From NCBI RefSeq assembly GCF_964194025.1, contig NC_134471.1:19654001-19718000 (forward strand): a DNA stretch of 64,000 nucleotides, read 5' to 3'. A model generated the notes under the pieces. That model made no database searches. It was given only the letters and a program-made list of their open reading frames with translations, and was not told the origin of the DNA. Position numbers and translations under genes: made by a program. Shown piece after piece: positions 62,181 to 64,000 of the stretch (positions within the stretch are counted from its first letter, which is position 1; each line of letters starts with the position of its first letter). This DNA is from Convolutriloba macropyga (taxonomy: Eukaryota).

Positions 62181-64000
62181 GTTGGGAGTTTCCTGCAAAA
62201 ATGCGGATCGGCAGAATTTTTCAAGGCCAGCCAATGAATGTTTGAATAGATTAAAAATTAAAATAGACACTTGAAATTTATTCTCTCAGATCTGAATGAA
62301 GAAACGCCTCGGACAAAAGTTTACGTTCCGCATATGTTTTCACGTTTAGTCTAGCTATTTTCACATGAGGGGCTTAATTATGGTCCGGAGAATCATAAAC
62401 GCTCTTTGAATGGTCAAACTTGAGCTAGAATTCGGGGCTATCTCTGTTTTTGAAATAGGGATTTACAATTTGTCACAAATTTGTTCAATTTTCTTTGTTT
62501 TTCCAAACCGCAGTGAATTGCATCTGTTTTCAATCGGCCTGAACTCTAAGTTGGTGACTTTTTGTGCGATCTCCTGTAAATTTTGTTGCTTATTTTGAAA
62601 GGATTTCGCTGTTTTCCGATTTAGTTCACGCAGTGTCGCGTGCATTTTATAATCCTCGTCTATTGAAAATAGCCCAGCGAGCCTAATTCAATTCACATTT
62701 ATACCATTGAGAACAGCCAAAAAGCAATGGGATAAAATCATAAAGTTTATTAATGAATTTTTATTATAACTGACCCGGGTTATCTGTTTAATATTGCCTT
62801 TTTCTCGCGAAGATAGTAATTTAAAGCCTTGATCTAAGCTTAAAGTTAAATTCAATTATCAAACTTCAAAATCATTTTTATGAGTTTATGTTTCGATATT
62901 TTTAACTGCCTAGCTAGGTGTTTGTTATTTTCATAAGAGCTATGATTCATTTTGCTTTTTGCTTTAAAGGTTTTAGTGTTTGTTAGGGGTGAAAGGCGAG
63001 GCTTGCTCGATTAGTTGCTTAACAAATGTTTGAGTTTCAAGTCAACTTTGTAAATAATCAAAAAGTGTCTTTGACTGTTTATTCAAATTTTAAGTCTTAA
63101 CTCGCCTGTCAACACAGACTCTTTTGTAAATTTGACTTCTCTCTAAACTAATTGGTAAGATTCCGCTTTCGGCTGACAGTCTCAGATCTAAGCATGTGTT
63201 TAAGCACCCCTTTTGTTTACCCGAACTACTCCTATTCACAAACAAACATTCCATGCCCCTTTAAGTCAAGCCTGAATGTTTTCACAACCCCCCCCCCCCC
63301 CCCCCCTCTAACCCCCCTCTCTCTCTGCAACTTTATAGGTTCCGTTCAAAAATGACAAAAACTTTATTGTTCAATAATGACAAGAACTTTAAAATCATAA
63401 AAATGTACTTGACTTTTAATGTTTAAAAGATCAGAAGAAATTATAGATATTTATATGTACATAAATGTCTGTCGATATTTTGAAATTGTTGATAATGACC
63501 TTCTTGGGCTAATTTTTGTTAGTCAGTTTTATATTTGAAGGTGCTCGGAGGGAGGTTGAGTTGATTGAAAGTAAGCGAGCCTTCAAAGAAAGTTTTAGTG
63601 GTCTTATAATTTTGCTAGTAGCATCTTAATGTCGTTTTGCTGTCTAGTTTCGAAAGTAGGGGGGCCGATACAAGTATCGAACATCAAAGAACTCCTTTGA
63701 ATGTCAGTGTGCGTTGTTTATATTAGCCGACGTGTCCTAGGCTACAAAAGGAAAATATGAGATATTTTGTATACATTTCTGCGGTAGAGAAATCATATAG
63801 ATAACTGTTTTAGATTATCGACCGCTGTTTATCAAAGTTAAAACCAATAATCTGTTTTATAATGGTCTTGCGTAAACAAATAGCTCTAATTTTGGGTTTT
63901 ATCATTTCGGCCCCAAGCTAACCACCAAAAACAGAAACCAAGAATTAAGAAAAGCGTAACAATTGGGATGAGTTTGTAAGTTGTTTCGACTTTTTTTGCC

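Noticed and set aside
63152-63570. Further Eph exons (FRFRLTVS; gtgctcgg..gaaa|gtaagc)
   Set aside because: Plausible, but too short to place in phase without transcript data.
1-64000. tRNA, rRNA, snRNA or SL-RNA genes
   Set aside because: None recognised by eye; a covariance-model search would be needed to exclude them.

Overview
AT-rich animal genomic DNA with GT-AG introns; no prokaryotic features. The strongly divergent RB and Eph proteins suggest a fast-evolving invertebrate (inference). In order along the window: (1) a probable terminal exon at 126-408; (2) a full-length but decayed BEL/Pao LTR retrotransposon at 3441-11176; (3) three paralogous single-coding-exon genes for ~200-aa proteins with two C2H2 fingers, each with a splice acceptor 6-7 nt before the ATG; (4) a decayed minus-strand LINE interrupted by a Helentron-type non-autonomous element (HINE); (5) a Mutator-like MITE just upstream of a two-exon retinoblastoma-family gene that has a conserved pocket B, a degenerate pocket A and only two S/T-P sites; (6) more LINE and MITE debris, plus possible remnants of a GPCR pseudogene; (7) a 140-bp minisatellite; (8) a 10.4-kb array of exactly 11 units of ~950 bp, whose junction lies inside the 5' terminus of the adjacent HINE; (9) the 5' part of a divergent Eph receptor gene, with seven in-phase exons, running off the window. 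The most striking signals are the HINE-anchored tandem amplification, the atypical RB, and the mosaic zinc-finger cluster. All alignments and counts were done by eye.
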